Origin: Nannocystis bainbridge
GTDB taxonomy: Bacteria > Myxococcota_A > Polyangia > Nannocystales > Nannocystaceae
Length of the DNA stretch: 64,000 nt
Assembly (NCBI RefSeq): GCF_028368995.1
Contig: NZ_JAQNDL010000002.1
Location: forward strand, 1,440,001 to 1,504,000
Direction of reading: 5' to 3'
Below the pieces are notes generated by a model, which searched no databases, had not been told where the DNA came from, and saw nothing but the letters and a program-made list of their open reading frames with translations. A program made the position numbers and the translations under genes. Of this stretch, positions 1-9,628 are shown piece by piece (position 1 is the stretch's first letter; the number at the start of each line of letters is the position of its first letter).

Positions 1-496
1 GGGGGTCGAGATCGAGGCGCGCGACCTGGCGCTGCAGCGGCTGCGGGTGCTCAAGGGCATCCTGCAGGAGACCGACCCGGCCGCCAAACCGGCGCCGGTG
101 GCGGCGACGCCGGAGCCGGTGGTCGAGGGCCCGAAGCCCGCGCCCGAGCCGCCCCGGCCGGCCCCGCCCGACCCGAAGTGGCGGACCATGAAGCTCACCG
201 GCGCCGGCCTGCTCGGGGCCGGCGGCGGGGCGCTGATCGTCGGCGCGGTCCTCGGCGGGCTGACGCTGAGCAAGCAGAACCAGCTCGACACCACCCACGA
301 CTGGGCGGCTCGCCAGGACCTCGTGCAGGGCGGGCAGCGCCTGGCCGTCGCCACCGACGTGCTCCTCATCGGCGGCGCCGTGGTCGCGCTGACGGGGGCG
401 ATCCTGCTGGGCGTCGGCGTCAGCAAGGGCAAGTCGAAAAACGTGGCCGAGCGCCGCGTCCTGCCCACCGGCACCGGCCTGGTCGCCCGCTTCTGA
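1..496 (+). CDS. C-terminal part of a myxobacterial TPR/PEGA-type membrane protein (5' truncated)
   Basis: Pro-rich linker, two Gly-rich hydrophobic segments and a C-terminal 'GLVARF'; the frame is open from the window edge. Confidence 0.6.
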   Translation, partial: GVEIEARDLALQRLRVLKGILQETDPAAKPAPVAATPEPVVEGPKPAPEPPRPAPPDPKWRTMKLTGAGLLGAGGGALIVGAVLGGLTLSKQNQLDTTHDWAARQDLVQGGQRLAVATDVLLIGGAVVALTGAILLGVGVSKGKSKNVAERRVLPTGTGLVARF

Positions 497-509
497 GTAC
501 TCGCTTCGC

Positions 510-2348
510 TTGTCCTGGAGGTCGCCCGTGTTCACCGCGCCGTTATCGCTTCGCTCGTTGTCGCTGGGGCTCGCCGGGCTCTCGTGCGGCCTGGTCTTTG
601 GGGCATGTACGGCGCTGACCGAGTTCGCCGACTGCAAGCTCGACGAGGACTGCGCCGGCGCGGGCAACGGCTACGTGTGCGGCGCGGGCAACAAGTGCGT
701 GCCGGGCGAGAGCGGGACCACCACCGGCGATCCGGGCCCCGGCCCGACGACGTCGCTGCCCACTACCTCGACCACCGAGCCGCCGATCACGACCACGACA
801 GGGACCGAGACCGATCCGATCACGGGCACGAGCACCACCGAGACGGTCACGACGACCGACAGCGAGACCGACACCGAGACGACGACGACCGGCGGGCAGC
901 TGGCCTGCACGAGCCACGGCGAGTGCGTGGCGGCCCTCGGCGGCGATCACGTGTGCGGCAAGACGGGCGTGTGCGTGTCGGCGCTGACGGCCGAGTGCCA
1001 GACGTTCCACTGGCCGGACGAACAGCCGACCGACAAGGTCGTGTTCATCGGCTCGATCATGGCGACCTCGCCGCCGTTCGACGCGCTGGTGCTGCCGCTG
1101 CAGAACGCGGTCCAGCTGGCGGTCGAGGACTTCAACGCCAACACCGACCTGCCCGGCGAGTTCAAGATCGCGTGGATCGGCTGCGACGACGCGGGCTCCG
1201 GCGCGAAGGCGACGGCCGCGCTGACGCACCTCGGCGAGACCATCGGCGCGCCGGTGGTGGTCGGGCCGATCTTCAGCGAGCTGGTGCTGCACCTGGCCGA
1301 GCAGGCCAAGGCCAGCGGGACGCTGCTGATCTCGCCGACGGCGTCGGCCAAGGAGATCACGGGGCTCGACGACGACGGCCTGGTGTGGCGCACCATCCCG
1401 AGCGACGTCTATCAGGCCAACGCGTTCGCCGATCGCATCCCGCAGCTGACGCCGAAGCCGGAGAAGGTCGCGCTGCTCTACAAAGACGACGCTTACGGCA
1501 CCTCGATGCACGAGGACGCGGTCGACCGGCTGGAGCTCGACAACCCGGCCATCGAGGTCACGTCGCACGTGTACCCGAACCCGGTCGGCCTGACCGAGGC
1601 CCAGCTGCTGCAGCAGTATGGCACGGTGATCGCCAACGCGTGGGGCAGCCCCGGCGATCACCCGGACACGATCGGCATCATCGGCACGACCGAGGCCACC
1701 CGCATCATCCTCGGCTTCATGAACGCGTGGTCGGCCGAGAACCCCGATCCGCCGCTACCGCGCTTCGTCGTGTCGCACGGGGTCGTCGCGGCCTTGCCCG
1801 ACCTCATCGCCGCCGCCCCGGGGCCGCTCAAGCCGGCGCTGCTGCAGATCACCGAGGGGGTCGCGCCGATCATCTTCGATGAGGCGAACTTCAACAACTT
1901 CAACATCCGCTACAAGATCCGCTTCAACGACCAGGCCCCGATCACGGCCGCGTCGCTCAGCTACGACGGCGCGATGGTGATGATGTTGGCGATGGCCGGC
2001 GTGCCCGAAGGCGAAACCGTGACCGGCAAGGGCGTCGCCGCTGCGATCGCCAAGCTGGTCGACAAGGAAGAGGGCACCGCGGTCAGCTTCGGCGAGGTGA
2101 TGGGCCTGTCGCTCACCTTCATCAAGAAGGCCCGCGACATCCTCGTGACCGGGGGGACAGTGGACCTCAAGGGCGTCAGCGGTGCGCTCGACTTCGACCT
2201 CGCGACCGGCGAGGTGCGCGTGAACCTGCTCGGTTGGGGGATCGACGAGGACATGGGCATGCCCGGCTTCGGGGTGCTGGACCCCAAGCGCATGTACGTG
2301 CTGGCGCCCCCGCCGAGCACGGAGGGCATGTGGGTGGATCTACCGTAG
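510..2348 (+). CDS. Lipoprotein with branched-chain amino-acid ABC/periplasmic binding-protein fold
   Basis: Lipobox FGAC, Cys-rich N-terminus, Thr-rich stalk, then LivJ-like motifs (AVQLAVEDFN, VVGPIFS, LISPTAS, WRTIPSD, YG, SYDG). Confidence 0.75.
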   Translation: MSWRSPVFTAPLSLRSLSLGLAGLSCGLVFGACTALTEFADCKLDEDCAGAGNGYVCGAGNKCVPGESGTTTGDPGPGPTTSLPTTSTTEPPITTTTGTETDPITGTSTTETVTTTDSETDTETTTTGGQLACTSHGECVAALGGDHVCGKTGVCVSALTAECQTFHWPDEQPTDKVVFIGSIMATSPPFDALVLPLQNAVQLAVEDFNANTDLPGEFKIAWIGCDDAGSGAKATAALTHLGETIGAPVVVGPIFSELVLHLAEQAKASGTLLISPTASAKEITGLDDDGLVWRTIPSDVYQANAFADRIPQLTPKPEKVALLYKDDAYGTSMHEDAVDRLELDNPAIEVTSHVYPNPVGLTEAQLLQQYGTVIANAWGSPGDHPDTIGIIGTTEATRIILGFMNAWSAENPDPPLPRFVVSHGVVAALPDLIAAAPGPLKPALLQITEGVAPIIFDEANFNNFNIRYKIRFNDQAPITAASLSYDGAMVMMLAMAGVPEGETVTGKGVAAAIAKLVDKEEGTAVSFGEVMGLSLTFIKKARDILVTGGTVDLKGVSGALDFDLATGEVRVNLLGWGIDEDMGMPGFGVLDPKRMYVLAPPPSTEGMWVDLP

Positions 2349-2398
2349 TGGGCGCCGTCGCTCCCGCGGTCGCGCTATAGTCGGAAGCTGAGGCTTCC

Positions 2399-4111
2399 GT
2401 GGAACCCAGTCGCTTCCGCCATTCCCTCGATCCGGCCCCCAGGGCGCGGATCGGGGGCAAGTATGAGATCGATCGCCTGATCGCTCGCGGCGGCGTCGGG
2501 GTGCTCTATCTGGCACGCGACCTCGAGAAGCAGCGCGAGGTCGTGATCAAGTTCCTCGCAGGGCACCTGGCCGGCGAAGAAGAAGCGAGCGCCCGCTTCG
2601 ATCGCGAGGTCGAGCGCCTCGGGGCGATCCAGCACCCCAACATCGTCGAGGTCCTGGATCACGGGCACGAGAACGGGGCGCCGTTCCTGGTCATGGAGTA
2701 CCTGTCGGGCGAGCCGCTGCTGACGTACCTGAACCGCAGGGGCCACCTGCCGCTGGCGGAGTTCGTGCCGATCGCGGCGCAGATCCTGAAGGCTCTCGGC
2801 TACGCGCACGGACGCGGGCTGATGCACCGCGACATCAAGCCTGCCAACATCATGCTCATCACCCGCAAGGGTCGGGCCAACTTCGTCAAGCTGCTCGACT
2901 TCGGCATGGCCAAGCTGGTCGAGGGCGAACGCGACATCACGTCGGAGCAGGTGCTCGGCACGGCCAACTACATGGCGCCGGAGCAGGTCCGCGGCGAGCC
3001 GCTCGACGAGCGCGTCGACGTGTACGCGTGCGGCCTGCTGTTCTACCGCATGCTGGCGGGCGCGCTGCCGTTCGTGGCCGACAACAACTCGGCGCTGCTC
3101 TACAAGCAGGTCCACGAGCTGCCGCCGCCGCTGGCGGACAAGCTGCCGCCCGGCAGCGAGGTGCCGTCCGCGCTGGCGCAGCTGATCGATCGCTGCATCG
3201 CCAAGGACCCAGAGACGCGCCCGCTCGACGCCAACGTGCTGACCGAGGCGCTGGTCGCCTGCGTGCCGGCGCAGCTGTTCCGCCTGCCGCTGGCAGAGGG
3301 CGGCGATCCGAGCGCGACGGCGTCGACGCTGGCGATGACGCCGGAGCTGTCGCCGGCGATGAGCACGGCCGGGCGCGAGCTGCCGTCAGGGTCGATGCGG
3401 CCGATGTCCCGCAAGCGGCGACAGTCGGCGGTGGTGACCCGCAGCGTCAGCGGGGCCGACCTGACGCTCGACGGCGAGGGTCCTTCGATCACCGCGGCGA
3501 TGCCGACGCAGTCGCCCAGCTCGGCGACGCGCTGGATCGCTATCGCAGCGGCGGTGCTGGCAGCCCTGGCGGTGGTGATCGTGATTCGGGGCGGCGGGGC
3601 AGGGGACGCGCCGAGCGCGGTCACCGACAAGATCGATCCGTCGCGGGTGGCGGCGCGCCTCGATCAGGTCGACGCGCGGATCCTCGACGGTGATTTCGGC
3701 AGGGCGCGCGAGCAGCTCGAGGCGGTCCGCGATCAGCTGCACGCGCTGCCGGGAGGCGAGAGCCGGGCGTCGGCGCAGGAGCGCAAGATCGCGGTGCTCA
3801 TCGGCCTGCAGGTGGCGCGGCAGTTCGAGCAGGCGGGCGACCGCGGCGCGGCCGAGAAGGCGTACCGCGACGTGCTGGTGCTCGACGGCGGCAACGTCGA
3901 CGCGCGGGCCGGGATGGCCCGCGTGCAGGCGGGGCCGAAGCTGGCCGAGGTCGTGGAGCTCGAGGAGCCGAAGCCGAAGCCGAAGCCGAAGCCAAAGGCC
4001 GGCGAGGCCAAGCCGGCGACCAAGACCGGGGCGGCGAAGGCCGACCCCAAGCCCGATCTGCCGGCGAAGAAATCGACGGACTCGATCTTCCTGCCGACCA
4101 GCAAGAAGTGA
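2399..4111 (+). CDS. Membrane Ser/Thr protein kinase (Hanks type)
   Basis: GGVG loop, [20 protein letters not shown] motifs; TM helix; TPR-like C-terminal domain and PK-rich tail. Confidence 0.92.
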   Translation: MEPSRFRHSLDPAPRARIGGKYEIDRLIARGGVGVLYLARDLEKQREVVIKFLAGHLAGEEEASARFDREVERLGAIQHPNIVEVLDHGHENGAPFLVMEYLSGEPLLTYLNRRGHLPLAEFVPIAAQILKALGYAHGRGLMHRDIKPANIMLITRKGRANFVKLLDFGMAKLVEGERDITSEQVLGTANYMAPEQVRGEPLDERVDVYACGLLFYRMLAGALPFVADNNSALLYKQVHELPPPLADKLPPGSEVPSALAQLIDRCIAKDPETRPLDANVLTEALVACVPAQLFRLPLAEGGDPSATASTLAMTPELSPAMSTAGRELPSGSMRPMSRKRRQSAVVTRSVSGADLTLDGEGPSITAAMPTQSPSSATRWIAIAAAVLAALAVVIVIRGGGAGDAPSAVTDKIDPSRVAARLDQVDARILDGDFGRAREQLEAVRDQLHALPGGESRASAQERKIAVLIGLQVARQFEQAGDRGAAEKAYRDVLVLDGGNVDARAGMARVQAGPKLAEVVELEEPKPKPKPKPKAGEAKPATKTGAAKADPKPDLPAKKSTDSIFLPTSKK

Positions 4112-4120
4112 CAGCGCCAC

Positions 4121-4876
4121 TCAGCCGTGCAGGCTGAGCACGTAGACGTCGTAGAGCGCGTGGGTCCAGGCGGCCACGGCGAAGCCGCGCAGCTGATAGA
4201 TGAGGGCGAAGAACAGGCCGGCGAGGGTGCGGTAGACGAAGGCGGCGTAGGTGAAGGGCTCGCCCGCGGGGCCGACGTGGTGCGCGAGGCTGAAGATCAG
4301 CGACGACAGCACGAGGGCGCCGAGCCAGGCCCGCCGCCGGCCGGTCAGGCCCGACAACAGAAAGCCGATGCCGCCCATGCCGATCACGCGGAAGATGAGC
4401 TCCTCGTGCAGGCCGGCGCCGGCGGAGATGACGGCGATGTCGGCGACGCTGGTGCGGGCCTGGATCGCCAGGCCGGGCACGAGCTCGGCGAAGCGGTGGA
4501 TCACGAGCAGGATGAGGGTGCCCATGGTCGAGGCGTAGAAGCCCGACTCGACCAGCATCGGCACGAACCGCTGGGGACTGAAGCGGCCGTAGCTGCGCAG
4601 GATGACGAGGATCGCGGCGTAGCCGAGCAGCCCCGCCCCGAGCGCGGCCATGTAGTTGCCGAGGTCGCGGGCGCACAGCTCGATCAGCGACTTGGTGACG
4701 AAATCGACGCCGTTGAGCCCGAGACCGCCGGAGCCGAGGATCCCGAGCTGATAGACGAGCAACAGCGGGAACACGAGGACGGCGCTGGTGAACGGATCGA
4801 TCCGCGCCGAGAAATGGTCCCAGAAGGCGCTCCGCGCGCGAGGCGGCGGCGGCCGAGGCGGCTGTGCACGGGCCAT
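4121..4876 (-). CDS. CPBP (CAAX/Abi) family intramembrane glutamic endopeptidase
   Basis: EELIFR, FSLAHH and HALYD motifs in a multi-TM protein. Confidence 0.85.
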   Translation of the reverse strand: MARAQPPRPPPPRARSAFWDHFSARIDPFTSAVLVFPLLLVYQLGILGSGGLGLNGVDFVTKSLIELCARDLGNYMAALGAGLLGYAAILVILRSYGRFSPQRFVPMLVESGFYASTMGTLILLVIHRFAELVPGLAIQARTSVADIAVISAGAGLHEELIFRVIGMGGIGFLLSGLTGRRRAWLGALVLSSLIFSLAHHVGPAGEPFTYAAFVYRTLAGLFFALIYQLRGFAVAAWTHALYDVYVLSLHG

Positions 4877-5059
4877 GTCCAGCCAAGCCTGCGCGAGCCA
4901 GCGTCAGCCGCCAAGCAATCGGCCAAAACGACCCGGCTGCGGGGAGAGAGCCCGGCGGACCCGGGGAGTGCGCCGGGGCGGCCAGGCGCGGCGGCGGGGC
5001 GGCGCGCATTTGCGCGGGAGCCGGGAGCGCGAAATCGGGCGGCGCGTGACGGCCAAGAG

Positions 5060-5430
5060 GCAGCGGGCCCTGGGGGCGCGGTTTGGAGCGTTGCGCGGGC
5101 TCGCGTGACGAGCGGCCGACGGGCGCGGTCTGGGGGCGCTGCACCGGCCAATGTGGCCGAGAGCGGCGAGCCCCGACGGGCAGGGCTCGGAGTTGCTGCG
5201 TGGACCAGTGTGGCGACCAAACGCAGCGAGCCCCGACGGGTTGGGCTCCGAACTGCTCGGTCAGCGTGGCGACCAACGCAGCGAGCCCCGACGGGCGGGG
5301 CTCGGAGCGCTGCATGGGTCAGCGTGGCGACCAGACGTAGGCGAGCCCTGAGGGGCGGGGCTCGGAGCGCTGCAGTGGTCAGCGTGGCGACCAAACGCAG
5401 CGAGCCCCGACGGGCGGGGCTCGGAGCGGG
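5060..5430. repeat. Tandem ~55-60 bp palindromic (REP/BIME-like) repeats, 5 good plus ~2 degenerate copies
   Basis: Core CGAGCCCCGACGGGCGGGGCTCG (or close variant) at 5167, 5227, 5282, 5342, 5401, alternating with GGTCAGCGTGGCGACCA. Confidence 0.85.
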
Positions 5431-5439
5431 CGCGGGGAG

Positions 5440-6852
5440 CTACTTGCGCTTCCCGGGCTTTTTGACGGGCTTCTTGGCGGCCGGCTTCTTGGCAGCCGGC
5501 TTCTTCGCCGCGGGCTTCTTCGCCGCGGGCTTCTTGGCCACGGGCTTCTTGGCGGCCGGCTTCTTCTTCGCGGCGGCCTTCTTCGCGGCGGCCTTCTTGG
5601 CGATCGGCTTCTTCGGGGCCGGCTTCTTGGCGGCGGCCTTCTTGACGATCGGCTTCTTCGCCGCGGGCTTCTTGGCGACCGGCTTCTTCGCCGCGGGCTT
5701 CTTGGCGACTGGCTTCTTCGCCGGGGTCTTCTTGGCGACCGGCTTCTTCGCCGCCGGCTTCTTCGCGACCGGCTTCTGCTTCTTGGCCTTCTCGGCTTCC
5801 TTGACCTTCTTGGCCTTCTCGCCCTCTTTTTGCTTCTTGGCCTTCTCTTTGGCCTTTTCGGCGTCCTTGGCCTTCTTCGCCTTGTCGGCCTCCTTGGCCT
5901 TTCGGCCGGCCTCCTTCTCGGCGACCTTCTTGACCTTCTCGGCCTCCTGGGCCTTCTTGCGGTCCTCGGCCTCGCGCTTGGCGGACTCCTTGGCCTCGAT
6001 GGCGTCTTGCTTCTTCTGCTCGGCGTCGAGGCGCTTCTGCTCGGCGGCGCGGGTGCGCTCCTCTTCCTTGCGGCGCTTCTCGTCTTCCTTGGCCTGCTTG
6101 GCGGCGTTGCGGGCCTGCTCTTTTTCGAGCTTCAGGCGCTCGCGGTCCTCTTCCTTGCGGCGCTTCTCGTCTTCCTTCTCCTTGCGCTTGCGGTCGCGCT
6201 CGGACTCGCGGCGGACGCGGTCTTCCTCGCGGCGCTGGGCCTCCAGGACCTTGCGCTGCTCGGCGGCGGCCCGCTTCTCGGCGTCTTCTTCGGCCTGGCG
6301 GCGCTCGCGCTGGGCGGCGATCTCCTCGGGCGAGGGGCCCATCTCGAGGCCCAGCAGCTGGCGGACTTCGTCGCCCGAGACCCGCTCGCCGCGGCGCTCG
6401 TCCGCCGTCTCGCCCCGGCCGTGGACCAGGAGTCGCGCGAGATCGCTGCGGAACATCAACTCCGCCTTGTTATCGCCCATCAGCTCGCTGACGTAGCCGA
6501 CGCCGAACGTGGGATGGACGATGATCTGATGGAGCTGGAGAAGCGCCTTGGGGCTGTACCGAACGGCGTTATTCACGTCGTACGTGTGGACCCCGTCGAG
6601 CCAGGACAATTTCTTCATACTCTTGCGCCGGGACACGCTCAGCGGCTCCGGGCTCTCGTCGTCCCGGCCCCGCGGAGGCTTGAAGGAGTGGATATCGCCG
6701 CAGACGCCGCACTGAACGCGGCGAATTTCGTCGCCGTAGCTCTCGAGGATGACGTGCGTGGTATCGGCGCGACACTTGGGGCAGTAGGCCTCAGTTTCGC
6801 CGCCGTTCGAGCTCTGGTTGCCACCAAAGTGGCTCTCGAAGATCTGGTCCAT
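5440..6852 (-). CDS. Zn-ribbon/Tudor-like protein with coiled coil and histone H1-like (PAAKK)n tail
   Basis: CPKC...CGVC, HPTFGVG, E/K/R-rich coiled coil, and a long run of P(A/V)AKK-type repeats. Confidence 0.8.
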   Translation of the reverse strand: MDQIFESHFGGNQSSNGGETEAYCPKCRADTTHVILESYGDEIRRVQCGVCGDIHSFKPPRGRDDESPEPLSVSRRKSMKKLSWLDGVHTYDVNNAVRYSPKALLQLHQIIVHPTFGVGYVSELMGDNKAELMFRSDLARLLVHGRGETADERRGERVSGDEVRQLLGLEMGPSPEEIAAQRERRQAEEDAEKRAAAEQRKVLEAQRREEDRVRRESERDRKRKEKEDEKRRKEEDRERLKLEKEQARNAAKQAKEDEKRRKEEERTRAAEQKRLDAEQKKQDAIEAKESAKREAEDRKKAQEAEKVKKVAEKEAGRKAKEADKAKKAKDAEKAKEKAKKQKEGEKAKKVKEAEKAKKQKPVAKKPAAKKPVAKKTPAKKPVAKKPAAKKPVAKKPAAKKPIVKKAAAKKPAPKKPIAKKAAAKKAAAKKKPAAKKPVAKKPAAKKPAAKKPAAKKPAAKKPVKKPGKRK

Positions 6853-7088
6853 GGCTTAATCTCCGGACCGAAGCCGCTGGGCCAGTGACGTAGCATGCCC
6901 GGATTTGGAAGTACAAGCCCAAACGAAAGGATTTTGCCGAACCGGACCTGTCCGACCGGGCAGGCCACGGCCGATGCTCATAAGGCCGTCCGCTCGCGCG
7001 ATTGTCTGCAAGGGCCGCGAGTGCCCGCGATTCTCGGGTTTGGAGCGGGAGTCTCTTGGATCCGTGCCCATGGGACAGGTCCTCCGGG

Positions 7089-7931
7089 TCATACGGAAAG
7101 CGGCGGATCGCCCTCGCTGGTGCCCGCAGCGCCGCTCCCCCGCGCTCGCCCGAACTCTTCGCCGTGGCCCTCGCCAGGCTCGAGGCCCATCGTCTGCATC
7201 AGCTTGCGAACGTCGGTGACGGTGCCTTTGGCCCGATCGGCGAGCGTTCCGAGCTCGCGGCAGACGACGCGGAATGCGCGGCCGTACTCGCCCGCCTGCG
7301 CGGCGATGATGTTGCCGTTGAGCGCCAGCAGCTGCAGTCGGCGGGCGACGTCGTCGAGGAAATGGATCACGCCCTCCATGCCGTCGGCGGCCTCCTCCTG
7401 GGCCGCCGTGCGCTGCTCGACGCCGATCCGCGCCGCCGCGACCAGCGACTCGTAGAAGGACTGCTCCGACTGGAACGCCTCGATCATGCCGATCGGGGCC
7501 GTCTCGTCGGGCGAGGTGGTCGGGTAGAGCGGGCGCGCGGTGACCAGGTAGACGAGGCCGTTGCGCTTCAGCGAGCCCTTGAAGATCTCGCGCTTTCGCA
7601 GCACCACGTCGACAAGCTCGGCGTCGGCGTAACCGCCGATTTCACCGGGCTTGCCGACGCCGAGGGCCGACGTCGAGGCGATCCGGCGGTTGCCGTGGTA
7701 GAGCGTGATGCCGAGGCTCGTGGCGCGGGCGAGCAGCGGCAGCAGGGTGTTGTCCTGATCGAGGACGGTGTCGCCCGCGCGCAGGCGACCCTCGACGCGG
7801 TGCAGCCGACCGAGCCGCCGGATCACGTTGTCGCACAGCTCGGTGGCCGAGACCCCCCGGTCGAGGATGCGGCGCCGGATCACCGACCACACCGCGTTGA
7901 AGATCTGGGTCTCGGTCGTCATTTCGCTCAC
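7089..7931 (-). CDS. Soluble Cache-like domain plus short degenerate methyl-accepting chemotaxis signalling tip
   Basis: [31 protein letters not shown] resembles the MCP hairpin tip; N-terminal RRIAST...YLVTARPL...PIGMI is Cache-like; no TM segment. Confidence 0.65.
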   Translation of the reverse strand: MSEMTTETQIFNAVWSVIRRRILDRGVSATELCDNVIRRLGRLHRVEGRLRAGDTVLDQDNTLLPLLARATSLGITLYHGNRRIASTSALGVGKPGEIGGYADAELVDVVLRKREIFKGSLKRNGLVYLVTARPLYPTTSPDETAPIGMIEAFQSEQSFYESLVAAARIGVEQRTAAQEEAADGMEGVIHFLDDVARRLQLLALNGNIIAAQAGEYGRAFRVVCRELGTLADRAKGTVTDVRKLMQTMGLEPGEGHGEEFGRARGSGAAGTSEGDPPLSV

Positions 7932-7978
7932 GTACCCGCAGTGTACTGGGCCCTGCGGCCCCGTGGTAGGAGCCCGTC

Positions 7979-9469
7979 ATGACTGCACAAGACGGCGCGC
8001 GGCCGCCTGGGCGCCTGCCTCCGCGCGTGCGGATCGCCCCGAGCCCGACCGGCGACCCGCACGTCGGCACGGCCTACATCGCCCTGTTCAACTACGTGTT
8101 CGCCCGCAAGTACGGCGGCACCTTCATCCTCCGGATCGAGGACACCGATCAGGAGCGCTACACCGCCGGCAGCGAAGCGGCCATCTTCGAGGCGCTGCGC
8201 TGGCTCGGGCTCGAGTGGGACGAGGGCCCCGACGTCGGCGGCCCGCACGGCCCGTACCGCCAGTCGGAGCGGCTGCCGCTGTACCGGCGGGAGATCCAGA
8301 AGCTGGTCGAGAAGGGCGAGGCGTACCCGTGCTTCTGCACCAAGGACCGGCTCGATCAGCTGCGGCGCGAGCAAATCGCGGCCAAGCAGTCGACGCTCGG
8401 CTACGACGGCAAGTGTCGCTCGCTTTCGCCCGCCGAGGCCTCGGCGCGCATGGCCGCCGGCGAGGCCCACGTGGTCCGGCTGCGCGTGCCCGACGACGGT
8501 GAGACCGTGTTCGTCGACCACCTGCGCGGCGAGCTGCGGTTCGAGAACCGGCTCATCGACGATCAGGTGCTGTTCAAGTCGGACGGCTTCCCGACCTACC
8601 ACCTGGCCAACGTGGTCGACGACCATCACATGGGCGTGACCCACGTGATCCGCGGCGAGGAGTGGATCACTTCGACGCCGAAGCACGTGCTGCTCTACCG
8701 GGCCTTCGGCTGGGACGCGCCCGAGTTCTTCCACCTCGGCCTGCTGCGCAACGAGGACAAGTCGAAGCTCTCGAAGCGCAAGAACCCGGTCTCGGTGTTC
8801 CACTACCGCGACCTCGGCTACCTGCCCGAGACCCTGCTGAACTTCATGGCCTGCCTCGGCTACAGCATGGGCGAGGACCGCGAGCGCTTCACGGTCGACG
8901 AGATGATCGCCCACTTCGACTGGTCGCGCGTCAGCGCCGGCGGGCCGGTGTTCGACCAGAAGAAGCTCGAGGCGTTCGACGGCGCCGACATCCGGGCGAT
9001 GTCGGTCGACACGCTCTACGACCGGCTGATGGAGCGCACCCTGTCGCGCGAGCGCATGCTGCCGCTCCTGGCCCAGGCGCAGGAGCGGGTCAACCGGCTC
9101 GACGACTTCATCCCGTACCTGACCTTCTTCTTCGGCGGCAGCCTCGACTACGGGCCGGTGCTCGACAAGCTCAAGGTCAAGGACCGCACCCCGGCCGAGG
9201 TCGCGACCACGCTCGAGGCGTTCGCGCAGGACATCGAGCGCGACGCCGAGGCCCGCGCCTTCACGGCGACCGCCCTCGACGCGTTCGCGCGCGGGTTCTG
9301 CCAGCGGAGCGGGTGGAAGAACAAGGACCTGTTCATGCTGCTGCGGATCGCCATCACCGGCCGCACCGCCTCGCCGTCGCTGTTCGACACCATGGCGCTG
9401 TGCGGCAAGGACCGCTGCCGCCTGCGCCTGCGCGACGTCGTCACGCTGCTGCGGGCGCAGCCGGGCTGA
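7979..9469 (+). CDS. gltX: Glutamate--tRNA ligase
   Basis: [13 protein letters not shown] (HIGH), [20 protein letters not shown] (KMSKS). Confidence 0.96.
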   Translation: MTAQDGARPPGRLPPRVRIAPSPTGDPHVGTAYIALFNYVFARKYGGTFILRIEDTDQERYTAGSEAAIFEALRWLGLEWDEGPDVGGPHGPYRQSERLPLYRREIQKLVEKGEAYPCFCTKDRLDQLRREQIAAKQSTLGYDGKCRSLSPAEASARMAAGEAHVVRLRVPDDGETVFVDHLRGELRFENRLIDDQVLFKSDGFPTYHLANVVDDHHMGVTHVIRGEEWITSTPKHVLLYRAFGWDAPEFFHLGLLRNEDKSKLSKRKNPVSVFHYRDLGYLPETLLNFMACLGYSMGEDRERFTVDEMIAHFDWSRVSAGGPVFDQKKLEAFDGADIRAMSVDTLYDRLMERTLSRERMLPLLAQAQERVNRLDDFIPYLTFFFGGSLDYGPVLDKLKVKDRTPAEVATTLEAFAQDIERDAEARAFTATALDAFARGFCQRSGWKNKDLFMLLRIAITGRTASPSLFDTMALCGKDRCRLRLRDVVTLLRAQPG

Positions 9470-9471
9470 TA

Positions 9472-9550
9472 GCGCATGTCCGAGGGGGCATGTCCTCGCG
9501 GGCATGCTCCTCGGGACATGTTCTCGAGGGCATGCGCGAAGCGACATGGC
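9472..9550. repeat. 14-bp-period array of the TGTCC-N4-GGACA-like element (intergenic)
   Basis: CATG at 9475, 9489, 9503, 9517, 9531, 9545. Confidence 0.9.
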
Positions 9551-9628
9551 CTCGTTCGTACGTGAACGAAGGCCATGGACTGCTGCGGGGCGCAGGAGGC
9601 TCGCCGCGCGCTGCCCGCGTCGGCCGGC

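Noticed and set aside
5060-5430. Possible CRISPR array
   Set aside because: The inter-repeat segments are themselves conserved rather than unique spacers, and there are no cas genes in the window.
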